The notes under the pieces: generated by a model | What the model was told of the DNA's origin: nothing | The model's database searches: none | The model's input: only the letters and a program-made list of their open reading frames with translations | Assembly (NCBI GenBank): GCA_963785725.1 | Contig: CAWAWS010000003.1 | Location: 1-64,000, forward strand | Direction: 5' to 3' | Source of the DNA: an uncultured delta proteobacterium | GTDB taxonomy: Bacteria > Myxococcota_A > Polyangia > Palsa-1104 | Length of the DNA stretch: 64,000 nt | Translations under genes and position numbers: made by a program | In this document: in pieces, positions 54,233-64,000 of the stretch | How positions within the stretch are numbered: the stretch's first letter is position 1 | Layout of the letters: each line of letters opens with the position of its first letter

Positions 54233-56242
54233 GTGACAGTCGACCTGCAAGGCTTCATCGCCGGCTATCTGGCGGAGGTCGACGAGCATTTGTCGGCGGC
54301 GACGAAGAACCTGGTCGCGGTCGATGGCGCGCTCCGCCGTCAGACGCGTGAGCCGCGGGCCGTGCGCGAGCTGTTCCGTTCGTTACACACGATCAAAGGG
54401 CTGTCGGCGATGGTCGACATCGAGCCGGTGGTCGCCATCGCGCACGAGATGGAGACCATCCTGCGCGTCGCCGATCGCGCGGCCGGCGAGCTGTCGCGGC
54501 ACGCCGTCGACGGGCTGGCCGACGGGCTGCGCGCCATCGAGCAGCGCATCGCCGCCGTCGCCGCCGGCAAAGTGGTCGACCCGGCGCCGCCGTCGCTGTT
54601 GCTGCGGCTCGGGCAGCTGCAGAGCGATCACGCCGACGCGGCGCAGTCGCGCGCGCCGGCGCCGGCGCTGCCGCCGGCCATCCTGGCCAAGCTGTCGGCG
54701 GCCGAGCAGGAGCAGCTGGCGCAAGGCGTGGCCGCCGGTCGCTCGGCGTGGCGCGTCGACTTCGTGCCCTCGCCGTCGCGCGCGGCGACGGGCGTGAACA
54801 TCACGAGCGTGCGCGAGCGCATGGCGCGCGTGGCCGAGATCGTCAAAGTGTTGCCGCAGGCGCTGCCCAAGAGTGACCAGGCGCCGGGCGGGCTGGCCTT
54901 CGCCATCATCGTGCTCGGCGACGACGGCGAGGCGCTGCGCGAGGCGGCCGGCGCCGAGACCGCCGAGCTGTTGGCGGCGCCCGCCGCGGCGGCGACGCCG
55001 CGGCTCACTGACGCGCCGTCGCCGTTCGATGACGTGGCCGGCGCCGGCGACCACAACTTCAACCGCTCGACGCGCCTCGTCCGCGTCGACGTCGCCAGGC
55101 TCGACGACGCGATGGAGAAGCTGTCGGCGCTCGTCGTCAACCGCTTTCGCCTGCAGCGCGCCGTCGCCCAGCTGCGCGCGAGCGGCGCCGACGTGCGCGC
55201 GCTGAGCGAGATCCTGGCCGAGAACGGCCGCCAGCTGCGCGACCTGCGCGCCGCCATCATGCGCGCGCGCATGGTGCCGATGGGCGAGCTGCTCGAGCGC
55301 ATCCCGCTGCTCGTGCGCGGCCTCGAGCGCTCGACCGGCAAACACGTGGAGGTGCGCATCGACGCCGGCCACGCCGAGCTCGACAAGGCCGTCGCCGAGC
55401 GGCTGTTGCCGGCGATCGTCCACCTCGTGCGCAACGCCGTCGACCACGCCATCGAGCCGCCCGAGGAGCGCGTGCGCGCCGGCAAGAGCGCCATCGGCCT
55501 CGTCGAGGTGACCTGCCACGAGCGCAGCAACAATCGCCTCGAGCTGGCCGTGCGCGACGACGGGCGCGGCGTCGATCGCGCCGCTGTCGCCCACAAAGCC
55601 GGCAAGCCGGTGCCCGAGCACGACGAGGCCTTGCTGGCGCTCTTGACCTTGCCCGGCCTGTCGACGCGCGAGTCGGCCTCGGCGACGAGCGGGCGCGGCA
55701 TGGGCATGGACATCGTGCGCCGCATCGCCGTCGACGAGCTCGGCGGACAGCTCGATCTCACCACCGAACGCGGTAAAGGGACGACCTTCATCTTGCGTGT
55801 GCCGCTGACGATTACGATCGTGGACGCCTTCTCCTTCATCGTCGGCGTGCAGCCGTTCGTGACGCCGGTCTCCGCCATCGACGAGATCTTGGAGATCGAT
55901 CCGACCCGCGTCATCCGCAGCCCCGGTCAGACCAACGATCGACGGCTGGCCTTGTACGAGCGGCGCGGCGAGGCGATGCCGCTGGTCGCGCTCGATCGCG
56001 TGTTTCGGCTGCCGAAGCCGGCGCAGCAGCCGCGCAAAGCGATGGTCGTGCAGCGCAACGGTCGCCCCTTCGCGTTCTCGGTCGATCGTATGCTCGGACA
56101 GCAAGAGGTCGTCGTGCGGCCGCTCGAAGATCCGCTGGTGCGCGTCGTCGGGATCGCCGGCTCGACCGATCTCGGCGACGGCAAGCCGACGCTGGTGCTC
56201 GACCTCGTGGCCTTGTGCGCGTCCTTGTCGGAGGCGGCGTAA
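54233..56242 (+). CDS. cheA: Chemotaxis histidine kinase CheA
   Basis: 'LFRSLHTIKGLSAM', 'VRVDVARLD', 'HLVRNAVDHAIE', 'SGRGMGMDIV', 'QQEVVVRPL'. Confidence 0.93.
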   Translation: MTVDLQGFIAGYLAEVDEHLSAATKNLVAVDGALRRQTREPRAVRELFRSLHTIKGLSAMVDIEPVVAIAHEMETILRVADRAAGELSRHAVDGLADGLRAIEQRIAAVAAGKVVDPAPPSLLLRLGQLQSDHADAAQSRAPAPALPPAILAKLSAAEQEQLAQGVAAGRSAWRVDFVPSPSRAATGVNITSVRERMARVAEIVKVLPQALPKSDQAPGGLAFAIIVLGDDGEALREAAGAETAELLAAPAAAATPRLTDAPSPFDDVAGAGDHNFNRSTRLVRVDVARLDDAMEKLSALVVNRFRLQRAVAQLRASGADVRALSEILAENGRQLRDLRAAIMRARMVPMGELLERIPLLVRGLERSTGKHVEVRIDAGHAELDKAVAERLLPAIVHLVRNAVDHAIEPPEERVRAGKSAIGLVEVTCHERSNNRLELAVRDDGRGVDRAAVAHKAGKPVPEHDEALLALLTLPGLSTRESASATSGRGMGMDIVRRIAVDELGGQLDLTTERGKGTTFILRVPLTITIVDAFSFIVGVQPFVTPVSAIDEILEIDPTRVIRSPGQTNDRRLALYERRGEAMPLVALDRVFRLPKPAQQPRKAMVVQRNGRPFAFSVDRMLGQQEVVVRPLEDPLVRVVGIAGSTDLGDGKPTLVLDLVALCASLSEAA

Positions 56243-56682
56243 GTGGCGCTGCACGTGCTCTTTCGCGTCGGGACAGCGACTACGTGCTGCCGGCGTCCGA
56301 CGTCTTGCAGATGGAGTCGTACGGCGGCGCGACGCCGGTGCCGGGCGCGGCGGCTTACGTCGCCGGCCTCGTGCAGGTGCGCGGCCGCGTCGTGCCGGTG
56401 GTCGATCTGCGCGCGCGCTTCGGGCTGCCGCCGGTCGAGCCGACCATCGACACGCGCGTCGTCGTCGTGCAGCGCGACGAGCGGACGATCGGGCTCCTCG
56501 TCGACAGCGCGCGCGAGGTGCTGCAGATCGAGGCCGACGCCATCAAGCCGCCGCCGGACGTGCTCGGTCGCGACAGCAAAGGCTTCGTCAAAGCGGTGGC
56601 CAAGTCGGGTCAGCGCCTGTTGATGTTGATCGACTTCGCGAAAGTGATCGGAGAGGAGCGGGACTATGGCGGTTCACTCTAG
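56243..56682 (+). CDS. cheW: CheW coupling protein (frameshift near 56275)
   Basis: 'LHVLFRVG' followed by '[34 protein letters not shown]'. Confidence 0.88.
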
Positions 56683-59194
56683 CGGCTTCGTCAACCTCGA
56701 CGAGGCGCTCAAACAGGCGCAGGACACGGCCCGCGCGTTGCGCGAGACGGCGACGCAGGCGCGCGGCATCGAAGACGCGGCGCAGCGGTTGGCGTCGAGC
56801 GGCAACGAGCAGGCGGCGTCGTCGGAGCAGCTGCGCGCGTCGTTGGAGTCGATCGCCAGCGCCATCGAGCAGACGGAGGACGGCGCGCTGTCGATCAAGC
56901 GCAATCAGGCGCGCGCGGCCGACATGGCGCAAGAGACATCGTCGGGACTGCAGTCGACGGCGGCCGGTTTGGAGGAGATGGCGGCGTCGACCGAAGGCGT
57001 GCGCCGCGACACCGAGCTGTTGGCCGAGCGCGCGCAAGCGACGGCCGCGACGGTGGAAGAGATGTCGCGCTCGGTGAAGGCGACGGCGAGCAACGCCGAG
57101 GAGCTGGCGGCCTCGTCCGAAGAGCTCTTGGCGACGACGACCGAGACCAACGCCAACTTGACCGATTTGACGGCGCGCGGACAGGATTCGGCGGCGGCGA
57201 TCGAGGAAGTGGCGTCGACGATCGAGCAGATGTCGAAGGGCATGGCGCGTCTGGTGACGGACGCCAATGCCGTCGGCGAGCGCATGACCAGCGTCGGCAA
57301 GCTGGTCGTCGGCGCAGCGGCGGGCATCGAAAAAGTGGCCGCCGACGCCACCTCGATGGCCGCCAACGTCGAAGAGACGGGCGCGACGACGGAGGAGCTG
57401 GCGCGCTCGATCGCCGGCGTGGCCGAGAGCGCGCGCGGGCTCAACGAATCGGCCGCGGCGACGGCCTCGACGGTGACGGAGCTGGCGGCGTCGGTCGAGG
57501 AGGTGGCGGCCACGAGCGAGAAGAACGCGGCCACGATCGAGAGCAACGCCGCCGCCATCGAGCAGGTGGCGCGCTCGGCGCAGGCGACGGCGCTGTCGGC
57601 GGAGTCGATCGCCGCCTCGGCGTCGACGAGCGCGGCCTCGGCGCAGCAGCTCGATCAGTCGACACGGCGGATCGTCGGCGTCGTCGAGCAGGCGCGCGGC
57701 GCGGCCGATCGCGCCGCCGGCATGGCGCGCGAAGGCGGGACGACGGTCGAGCGCTCGATCGCCGGCCTCAAGAACATCCGCCAGGCCATGGGCGAGTCGG
57801 CGACGGTCATGAAGGAGATGGGCAAGCGCGCCGAGGAGATCGGCGACATCGTACAGACGATCAACATGATCGCCGATCGCACCAACCTCCTGTCACTCAA
57901 CGCCAGCATCGAGGCGGCGCGCGCAGGCGAGCATGGGCGCGGCTTCGCCGTCGTGGCCGAGGAGATTCGCGCGCTGGCCGATCGCGCGGCGGCGGCGTCG
58001 GCCGACATCGCCAAGATCGTGCGCGGGCTGCAGTCGACGGCGCGCGACGCCGTCACCGCGACGTCGGACGGCGTCAAAGTCGCCGACGAGGGCGCGCGCT
58101 TGGCGGGCGAGGCCGAGCGGGCGCTGGGCGGAATCTTGGGCGGCGTCGACGAGCTGGGCAAGTCGGTGCGCGAGATCGACCGCGCGGCCGGCGAGCAGCA
58201 GCAGGCGGTGCAGTCGCTGACGCAGTCGACGTCGAAGGTGAGCGAGGAGGCGCGCTCGGTGGCGCGTTCGGCGGCCGAGCAGACCAAGGCGACGCAGTCG
58301 CTGGCGCTGGCGGCGCAGGAGATGCGGCGCTCGGCGCGCCAGACGACGCAGGCGGCGCAAGAGCAGGCGCACGCCATCCGCGACGTGGCGCGCTCGACGA
58401 CGCAGCTGACGGCCAACGCCGAGAAGGTCGCGCGCGCCTCGTCCGAGCAGGCGACGGGCGCGGCCGAGCTGGCCAAGGCGGCGGCGCAGATGCGCACGCT
58501 GACGGCGCAGACGTCGGCGGCGATGGTCGAGCAGACGAAGGTGCTGGCGTCGGTGACGGCGCAGGTGCAAGACACCGCTTCGGCGACGACGCGAACGGTG
58601 CAAGGGCTGACCGAGCAGGCCAAAGGCGCGGCCGAAGTGGCCAAGGCCATGGACGACTCGCGCAAGCAGGCGGTGCAGACGGCGCGCGCGGTGGCCGAGC
58701 AGGCGAAGACGGCCAAGCAGATCGAGCAGACGGCGCGGCTGACGGCCAAGGCGTCGGCGGAGGTGACGCGCGCGACCAACGAGCAGGTCAAGGCGCTGCT
58801 GTCGCTGGCGAAAGACGGCGACGAGGTGCGCAAGATCGCCACGCAGACGGCGCGCGCGGTGACCGAGCAGGCGGCGGCGCTGACGACGTTGTCGCGCACG
58901 GCGGCGCGGCAGACGCAGGCGGTGACGTCGCTGGCCAAGCTGTCGGCCGAGCAGGCGACGGCGACGACGCAGATCGCCGAGGCGGCGACGAGCATTCGCA
59001 CGCAGGTGCGCGAGGCGACGACGGCGCTGGCGAGCCAAGCGAAGGCGGCGGCGGCGACGACCGCCGAAGTCCGCAACGTGGCGACCCAGCTGGCGCAGGT
59101 GCGTGAGCAGTCGACGCATCAAGCGGAGGTCGTGAACGCCGTGGCCGAGACGCTGGCGCAGTCCAACAAGGTTCGCCCCGTGGAGCACGCTTGA
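56666..59194 (+). CDS. Cytoplasmic methyl-accepting chemotaxis protein with very long coiled-coil arms; no TM or sensor domain
   Basis: Hairpin tip '[34 protein letters not shown]'; repeated 'EEM/EEL/EQ' heptads on both sides; no hydrophobic segment. Confidence 0.9.
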   Translation: MAVHSSGFVNLDEALKQAQDTARALRETATQARGIEDAAQRLASSGNEQAASSEQLRASLESIASAIEQTEDGALSIKRNQARAADMAQETSSGLQSTAAGLEEMAASTEGVRRDTELLAERAQATAATVEEMSRSVKATASNAEELAASSEELLATTTETNANLTDLTARGQDSAAAIEEVASTIEQMSKGMARLVTDANAVGERMTSVGKLVVGAAAGIEKVAADATSMAANVEETGATTEELARSIAGVAESARGLNESAAATASTVTELAASVEEVAATSEKNAATIESNAAAIEQVARSAQATALSAESIAASASTSAASAQQLDQSTRRIVGVVEQARGAADRAAGMAREGGTTVERSIAGLKNIRQAMGESATVMKEMGKRAEEIGDIVQTINMIADRTNLLSLNASIEAARAGEHGRGFAVVAEEIRALADRAAAASADIAKIVRGLQSTARDAVTATSDGVKVADEGARLAGEAERALGGILGGVDELGKSVREIDRAAGEQQQAVQSLTQSTSKVSEEARSVARSAAEQTKATQSLALAAQEMRRSARQTTQAAQEQAHAIRDVARSTTQLTANAEKVARASSEQATGAAELAKAAAQMRTLTAQTSAAMVEQTKVLASVTAQVQDTASATTRTVQGLTEQAKGAAEVAKAMDDSRKQAVQTARAVAEQAKTAKQIEQTARLTAKASAEVTRATNEQVKALLSLAKDGDEVRKIATQTARAVTEQAAALTTLSRTAARQTQAVTSLAKLSAEQATATTQIAEAATSIRTQVREATTALASQAKAAAATTAEVRNVATQLAQVREQSTHQAEVVNAVAETLAQSNKVRPVEHA

Positions 59195-61554
59195 ATCGAG
59201 CCGCCGGCGCCGCCGACGCTCTCGCCCGAGGAGCGCGCGCGGATGGAGCGCATCGATCAGCACGTGATCGACGGCGCCGTCGCGCCGCTCGTGGCGATGC
59301 TCGACGATCGCAGCTGGACCGTGCGGCGCGCCGTCGTGCGCGCGCTGGCGGCGCTGGGCGACGCGGCGGTGACGCCGCTGGCCGAGCTGTTGGTGAGCCA
59401 TCGCGACGACGAGGCGCGCATCGCGGCCACGGTCGATGCGCTGGCGGCGTCGACCGGGCACGTCGAGACGGTGCTGCTGCGCACGATCGGTCACGTCGAG
59501 CCGGCGGTCGTCGCCGACGTCGCGGTCATCCTCGGTCGCCGCCGCGCCGCCGTGGCCGTGCCGGCGCTGACCGAGCTGCTCGCGCACAGCGACGACAACG
59601 TGGCCGTGGCCGCGGTCGAGGCGCTCGGCCGCATCGGCGGTCGCGCCGCGGTCGAGTCGCTGATCAGGCTCGTCGCGCAGCGACAACTTCTTCCGCATCT
59701 TCCCCGCCATCGACGTGCTCGGTCGCTCCGGCGATCCGCGCGCCGTCGCGCCGTTGGCGGCGCTGCTCGACAAGCCGACGTTCGCCGGCGAAGCCGCGCG
59801 CGCGCTCGGCCGCTCCGGCGAACGCAGCGCGGCCGCGCCCTTGGCGGCGCTGCTCGTGCGGCCGAGCGAGGCCAGCGTGCGCGTCGCGGCGTCGGCGCTG
59901 GCCGATCTGCACGATCGCTATCGCGAACGCTTCGGCGTCACCGCGCCCGTCGAGGATGCGCTGCGCCGCGCCGTCGAGCCGGCACAAGCCGCGCGCCGGC
60001 TGACGCACAGCCTGACCGCGGCCGATCCGGCGGAGCAGGCGGCGATCGCGCGCGTGCTCGGCGTCCTGCGCGACTCGGCGGCGGTGGCGGCGCTGATGAC
60101 GCTGCTCGACCGCGCGGCGCCGGTGGCGCAAGCGGCGGCCGAGGCGCTGCAGAAGCTGGCCGCCGCCGAAGACGACGAGATGATCCGCGATCTCGAGAGC
60201 GCCGACAGCACGCGGCGTCGCTTGCTGTTGCCGCTCATGAGCCGCTCGTCGGCGCTGCCGGCGGTGACGCGCTGTCTCGACGACGAAGACGCAGCCGTGC
60301 GCGCCGCCGCCTGCGACGCCTTGGCGCGCATCGGCAATCCGGCGGCAGCGCGCGCCCTCTTCGGCCTCGTCGGCGACGGCAACGCCCGCGTCGGCCAGGC
60401 AGCGGTGGCGGCCATCCAGTCGCTGGGCTCGGCCGAGACGGAGCCGCTGGCGCTGCAAGCGGCGCGCTCGCCCGATCTGGCCGTCCGGCGCGCGGCGCTG
60501 CGGATCCTGTCGTATTTCGGCTATGGCGCGGCGCTGCCGGTGTTCACCGAGGCCATCGAAGGCGAGGATGCCCGCGCGCGCGAGATCGCCGTGCAAGGGC
60601 TGCCCTTCATCGAGGATTTGCGGGCGATGGACATGCTGCTCGGCGTCGCGCGCGGACCGAACGAGCGCATGCGCGCCACGTCGATGCGCGCGCTCGGCCA
60701 GTGCCGCGGCTCGGACGCGCGGGTGACGTCGGCGCTCTTGCGCGGCCTCGGCGACAACGACGGCTGGGTGCGCTATTACGCCTGCCAATCGCTGGGCCGG
60801 CTCGGCAGCGAGGCGGCGGCCGGCGCCATTGCCGCGCGCGTCGCCGACGAGGCCGGCCAAGTGCGCGTCGCCGCCATCGAGGCGCTGTCGCACCTGCGCT
60901 CGGAGGTCGCCTTCACCGCCCTGCGCGACGCCGCGCGCTCGAGCGATCCCGACATCCGCCGCGCCGCGCTCGTCGGGCCTCGGCCTGTCGCGCCGCGCCG
61001 AAGCGGCGACGCTGCTGTTCGAATTCTGCGGCGACGCCGATCCGGCGACGCGGCTGGTCGCGCTCTCGGCCATCGCCGACTTCGACGAGCCCGAGACGCT
61101 GACGGCGCTGGCCCGCGCCGCCGTCGACGACGACGAGAGCGTGCGCATCGCGGCCATCTCGTTCTTGGCCGCGCGCACCGATCGTGCCGCGACCGACACG
61201 CTGGTGCGCCTGCTCTTGCGTGCGCCCGAGCGTGAGCGCGTCGTGAGCGTGCTGGCGCTGCCGTCGGACGGACGCATCGCCGGCCTGACGACCGCGCTGC
61301 GCGACGCCGACGACGAGCTGGCGCCGCTCTTGGTCTCGGCGCTCGTGCGCATGCGCCGGCCGGAGGCGAACAGCGCGCTCATCGCCGCCTTCGCGCTGCC
61401 CAATCCGCGCGCGCGCAAGGCCATCGCCAGCGGCCTGCAGTCGATGATCGGCCTCGGCGCCGGCGCCGAAGCCTTCGTCGTGCTGCAGCGCGCCGCCGCT
61501 TATGACCCCGATCCGGAAGTGCGCCGCATCGCCGCGCTCCTCTTGGCGCAATAG
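59191..61554 (+). CDS. HEAT-repeat (PBS-lyase-like) protein, Cpc7-like (indels near 59200, 59680, 60975)
   Basis: Repeats such as '[20 protein letters not shown]', '[20 protein letters not shown]', '[18 protein letters not shown]', '[10 protein letters not shown]'. Confidence 0.85.
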
Positions 61555-61624
61555 CCGTGGCCCGTCACGACCAAGCCGCCGCAGCTCGGCGCCGCGCCGC
61601 GCGCCATCGACTCGAGCGGCGCTG

Positions 61625-62456
61625 ATGGCGCTGCCGCTCTCGCCACAGGTGTTCGCCATCTTTCGTGGGCTCGTCGAGGAGCACAGCGGCCTCCATTATG
61701 GGCCGGCCGATCTCGAGCTGTTCGCCGAGAAGGTGAGCGCGCGCGCCATCGACGAAGGCTTCGAGTCGCTGCTCGATTACTACTATTTCCTCCGCTACGA
61801 CGACGGCGGCAAGGACGAGCTCGAGCGCCTCCTGGACGCGCTGGTCGTCAACGAGACCTACTTCTTCCGCGAGCGCGAGCAGCTCGAGTGGCTCGTCGAT
61901 CACTTCCTCGTGCCGCGCATTCAGCGGGGCAGCGGCCGCGCGTCTGGTCGGCGGCGTGCGCCACCGGCGAGGAGCCGCTGACGCTGGCCATGCTGCTGCG
62001 ACGCGCGCGGCTACGCGATCGCGTCGACATCGTCGCCACCGACCTGAGCCCGCGCGTGCTCGCAAGGCGCAGGCCGGGCGTCTTCAGCGCGCGCTCGCTC
62101 CGGCACACCGCGCGTCCCGAGCTGGCGGCGCAGTTCCTCGAGGAGCACCAAGGCCGGCTGCGCATCACGCCGTCGCTGGTGACGCGCGTGCGCTGGCGGC
62201 GGCTCAACCTGACGCGCGCCCACGATGTCGCGCCGCTGGGCGCGTTCGACGTGGTCTTGTGCCGCAACGTGCTCATCTACTTCTCGGACTGACGACGCAG
62301 CGCGTGCTCGATGCGCTGATGGCGCGGCTGCGCGACGACGGCGTCTTGCTCGTCGGCGTCTCCGAGTCGCTCCTGCGCTTCGGCGCGGCCATCACCTGCG
62401 AGGAGCACGGCGGCATCTTCGTCTATCGCCCCGTGCGACCGGCGGTGCGCCCATGA
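61625..62456 (+). CDS. cheR: CheR methyltransferase (frameshifts near 61925 and 62290)
   Basis: '[11 protein letters not shown]', '[16 protein letters not shown]', '[12 protein letters not shown]', 'VGVSESL'. Confidence 0.88.
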
Positions 62457-63493
62457 TCCGCGTGCTCGTCGTCGACGACTCGGCGTTCGCGCGCAAGGTG
62501 CTGCGGGAGACGCTGGAAGGCCACGCCGACATCGAGGTCGTCGGCATCGCGCGCGACGGCCTGGAAGCGCTGGAGAAGATCCAGAGCTGAAGCCGGACGT
62601 GGTGACGCTCGACCTCGTCATGCCCAACCTCGACGGCATCGGCGTCTTGAAGGCGCTGCCGGCGGTCGGTGCGCCGCGCGTCGTCGTCGTCAGCATCTCG
62701 GACGCGGCCAGCGAGCTCGGCCTGCAGGCGCTCGAGCTCGGCGCCATCGAGCTCGTGCACAAGCCGACGGCGCTGGCGACCGAGCGGCTCTACGATCTGG
62801 CGGCCGAGCTCGTCGCCGCCGTGCGCTGAGCGCGAGCGTGCGGTCGTCGCTCGTCGCCCGCCGCGCCGCCGCCGGTCGACCCGATCGCGCTCACGCCGCC
62901 GTCGCTGGTCAAGACGTCGGCCAATCTCGTCGTCGTCGGCGCGTCGACGGGCGGACCGCAGGCGCTGACGCGGCTCGTGGGCGCGCTGCCCAAGGATTTC
63001 CCGGTGCCGATGGCGCTCGTGCTGCATATTCCGCCGGAATACACGGCGCCGTTCGCCGCGCGGCTCGACGCCGGCTCGGCGCTGCACGTGCGTCGAGGCC
63101 GAAGACGGCCTGGAGCTGACCGCCGGTCGCGTCGTCGTCGCCCGCGGCGGCGTGCACCTCGCGGTCGTCGACGACGGCGGCACGCTGCGCTGTAAGCTCT
63201 CGCTGTCGCCGGTGACGACCGCGCATCGCCCGGCCGTCGACGTGCTCTTCGAGAGCGCCGCCCGCGTCACCGGCGCGCGCACGCTCGGCGTCGTCTTGAC
63301 CGGCATGGGCGACGACGGCCTGGCCGGCTCGCGCGCCATTCGTGAGGCCGGCGGCCGCGTCATCACCGAGGCCGAGTCGTCCTGCGTCGTCTACGGCATG
63401 CCGCGCGCCGTCGCCGAAGCCGGGCTGTCGAACGGCGCCGTCGCCATCGAAGGCGTGCCCGCGCTCATCCGCCGCCTGCTCGGCGAAGCGTAG
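62453..63493 (+). CDS. cheB: CheB methylesterase (several frameshifts)
   Basis: '[13 protein letters not shown]', 'VTLDLVMP', '[10 protein letters not shown]', 'VLHIP', '[11 protein letters not shown]', 'LTGMGDDG', 'VVYGMP'. Confidence 0.88.
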
Positions 63494-63568
63494 GTATTTC
63501 ACCCGACTTTCCGTCGCTGGCGGGCATGAATTTTTGCTCGGGTGAGCCCTTGAGATCGGCAAACACGT

Positions 63569-63660
63569 TCCTATGACGTAGGTACCGCTTTCGGCCTGGG
63601 TGGCCAGGGTAACCAGTCCCGGCGAGGTTCGAATCCTCGGTAGGCGGCCAACGTCAGGGA
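63569..63660 (+). ncRNA. tRNA-like structured element (acceptor stem, D-like arm, canonical T arm, G-CCA) without a canonical anticodon arm, nested in a longer stem
   Basis: CGCTTTC (63586-92) pairs with GTAGGCG (63640-46), followed by G-CCA; T arm CGAGG-TTCGAAT-CCTCG (63623-39); outer stem TCCTATGACGT (63569-79) with ACGTCAGGGA (63651-60). Confidence 0.45.
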
Positions 63661-63767
63661 CACATCGAAGGCGGGAAGGCTCGTGGGCGCTGCGCGGCCG
63701 CGCCTTGACCTCTCGCGACGTAAACCCGACGCCTTTTGACGACTTGCCACCGCGCAACCACTTGACG

Positions 63768-64000
63768 ATGACGAGGAGCACCTTGGCGACGAGCAACGTA
63801 AGAAGATCGAGACCCGCGCACGCGAAGCACGAGACGCGACGCGACCAGGCGCCACCGGCGCTGGCCAAGACCCCATCGGGCATCGAAGGCTTCGACGAGA
63901 TCACCGGCGGCGGCTTGCCGCGCGGGCGCACGACGCTCGTGTGCGGCGGCGCCGGCTGCGGCAAGACGCTGTTCGCCATGGAGTTCCTCGTCAACGGCGC
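63768..64000 (+). CDS. kaiC: KaiC-family ATPase, 5' part (runs off the window; start ATG 63768 or TTG 63783)
   Basis: Not in the ORF track; reads 'LAKTPSGIEGFDEITGGGLPRGRTTLVCGGAGCGKTLFAMEFLVNG' (Walker A GxxGxGKT); GAGGAG RBS before TTG 63783. Confidence 0.85.
   Translation, partial: MTRSTLATSNVRRSRPAHAKHETRRDQAPPALAKTPSGIEGFDEITGGGLPRGRTTLVCGGAGCGKTLFAMEFLVNG

Noticed and set aside
63586..63650. Canonical tRNA, tRNA-Sec, tRNA-Pyl, tmRNA or 6S RNA
   Set aside because: No 5-bp anticodon stem with a 7-nt loop, no TCA or CTA anticodon, no tmRNA acceptor or tag ORF, and no convincing 6S central bubble; kept only as a tRNA-like candidate

Overview
Very GC-rich bacterial DNA whose gene content (Cys/Gly-rich lipoproteins, Che7-like and Wsp-like chemosensory operons, Grx4 fusion) points to a myxobacterium-like organism (Myxococcota; inferred from gene families only). 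Many genes at 1-17.6 kb, 22.9-24.4 kb, 31.7 kb, 35.8 kb and 56-63 kb are split by single-base indels that look like long-read errors, so they are annotated as reconstructed CDSs. In order, the window holds: an OmpA-like protein; an OmpR-type regulator; a Wsp-like che operon ending in a five-receiver hybrid kinase; a CzcCBA-type efflux system with a coupled amidase; a small stress-protein operon behind a sigma54-like promoter; secreted lipoproteins including a ricin-GH55 glucanase and two GH18 chitinases; egtD; dusB; and a GlxA-type regulator. Next is the best candidate for an undescribed system (38.0-48.6 kb): a tightly coupled ketosynthase cluster with no ACP gene (FabF-like KS, fused CoA-transferase, two KAS-III paralogs, one lacking its catalytic His/Asn, SDR, CMD/AhpD-like protein, FabI-like reductase) running directly into a SiaABC-like partner-switching module (membrane PP2C, two kinases, two STAS-like proteins). 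After it come bolA with a Grx4-HesB-rhodanese fusion, an MFS transporter, a hybrid kinase, a Che7-like operon with a HEAT-repeat protein, a tRNA-like structured element without a normal anticodon arm, and the start of kaiC. All calls come from motifs read by eye; no database search was run.
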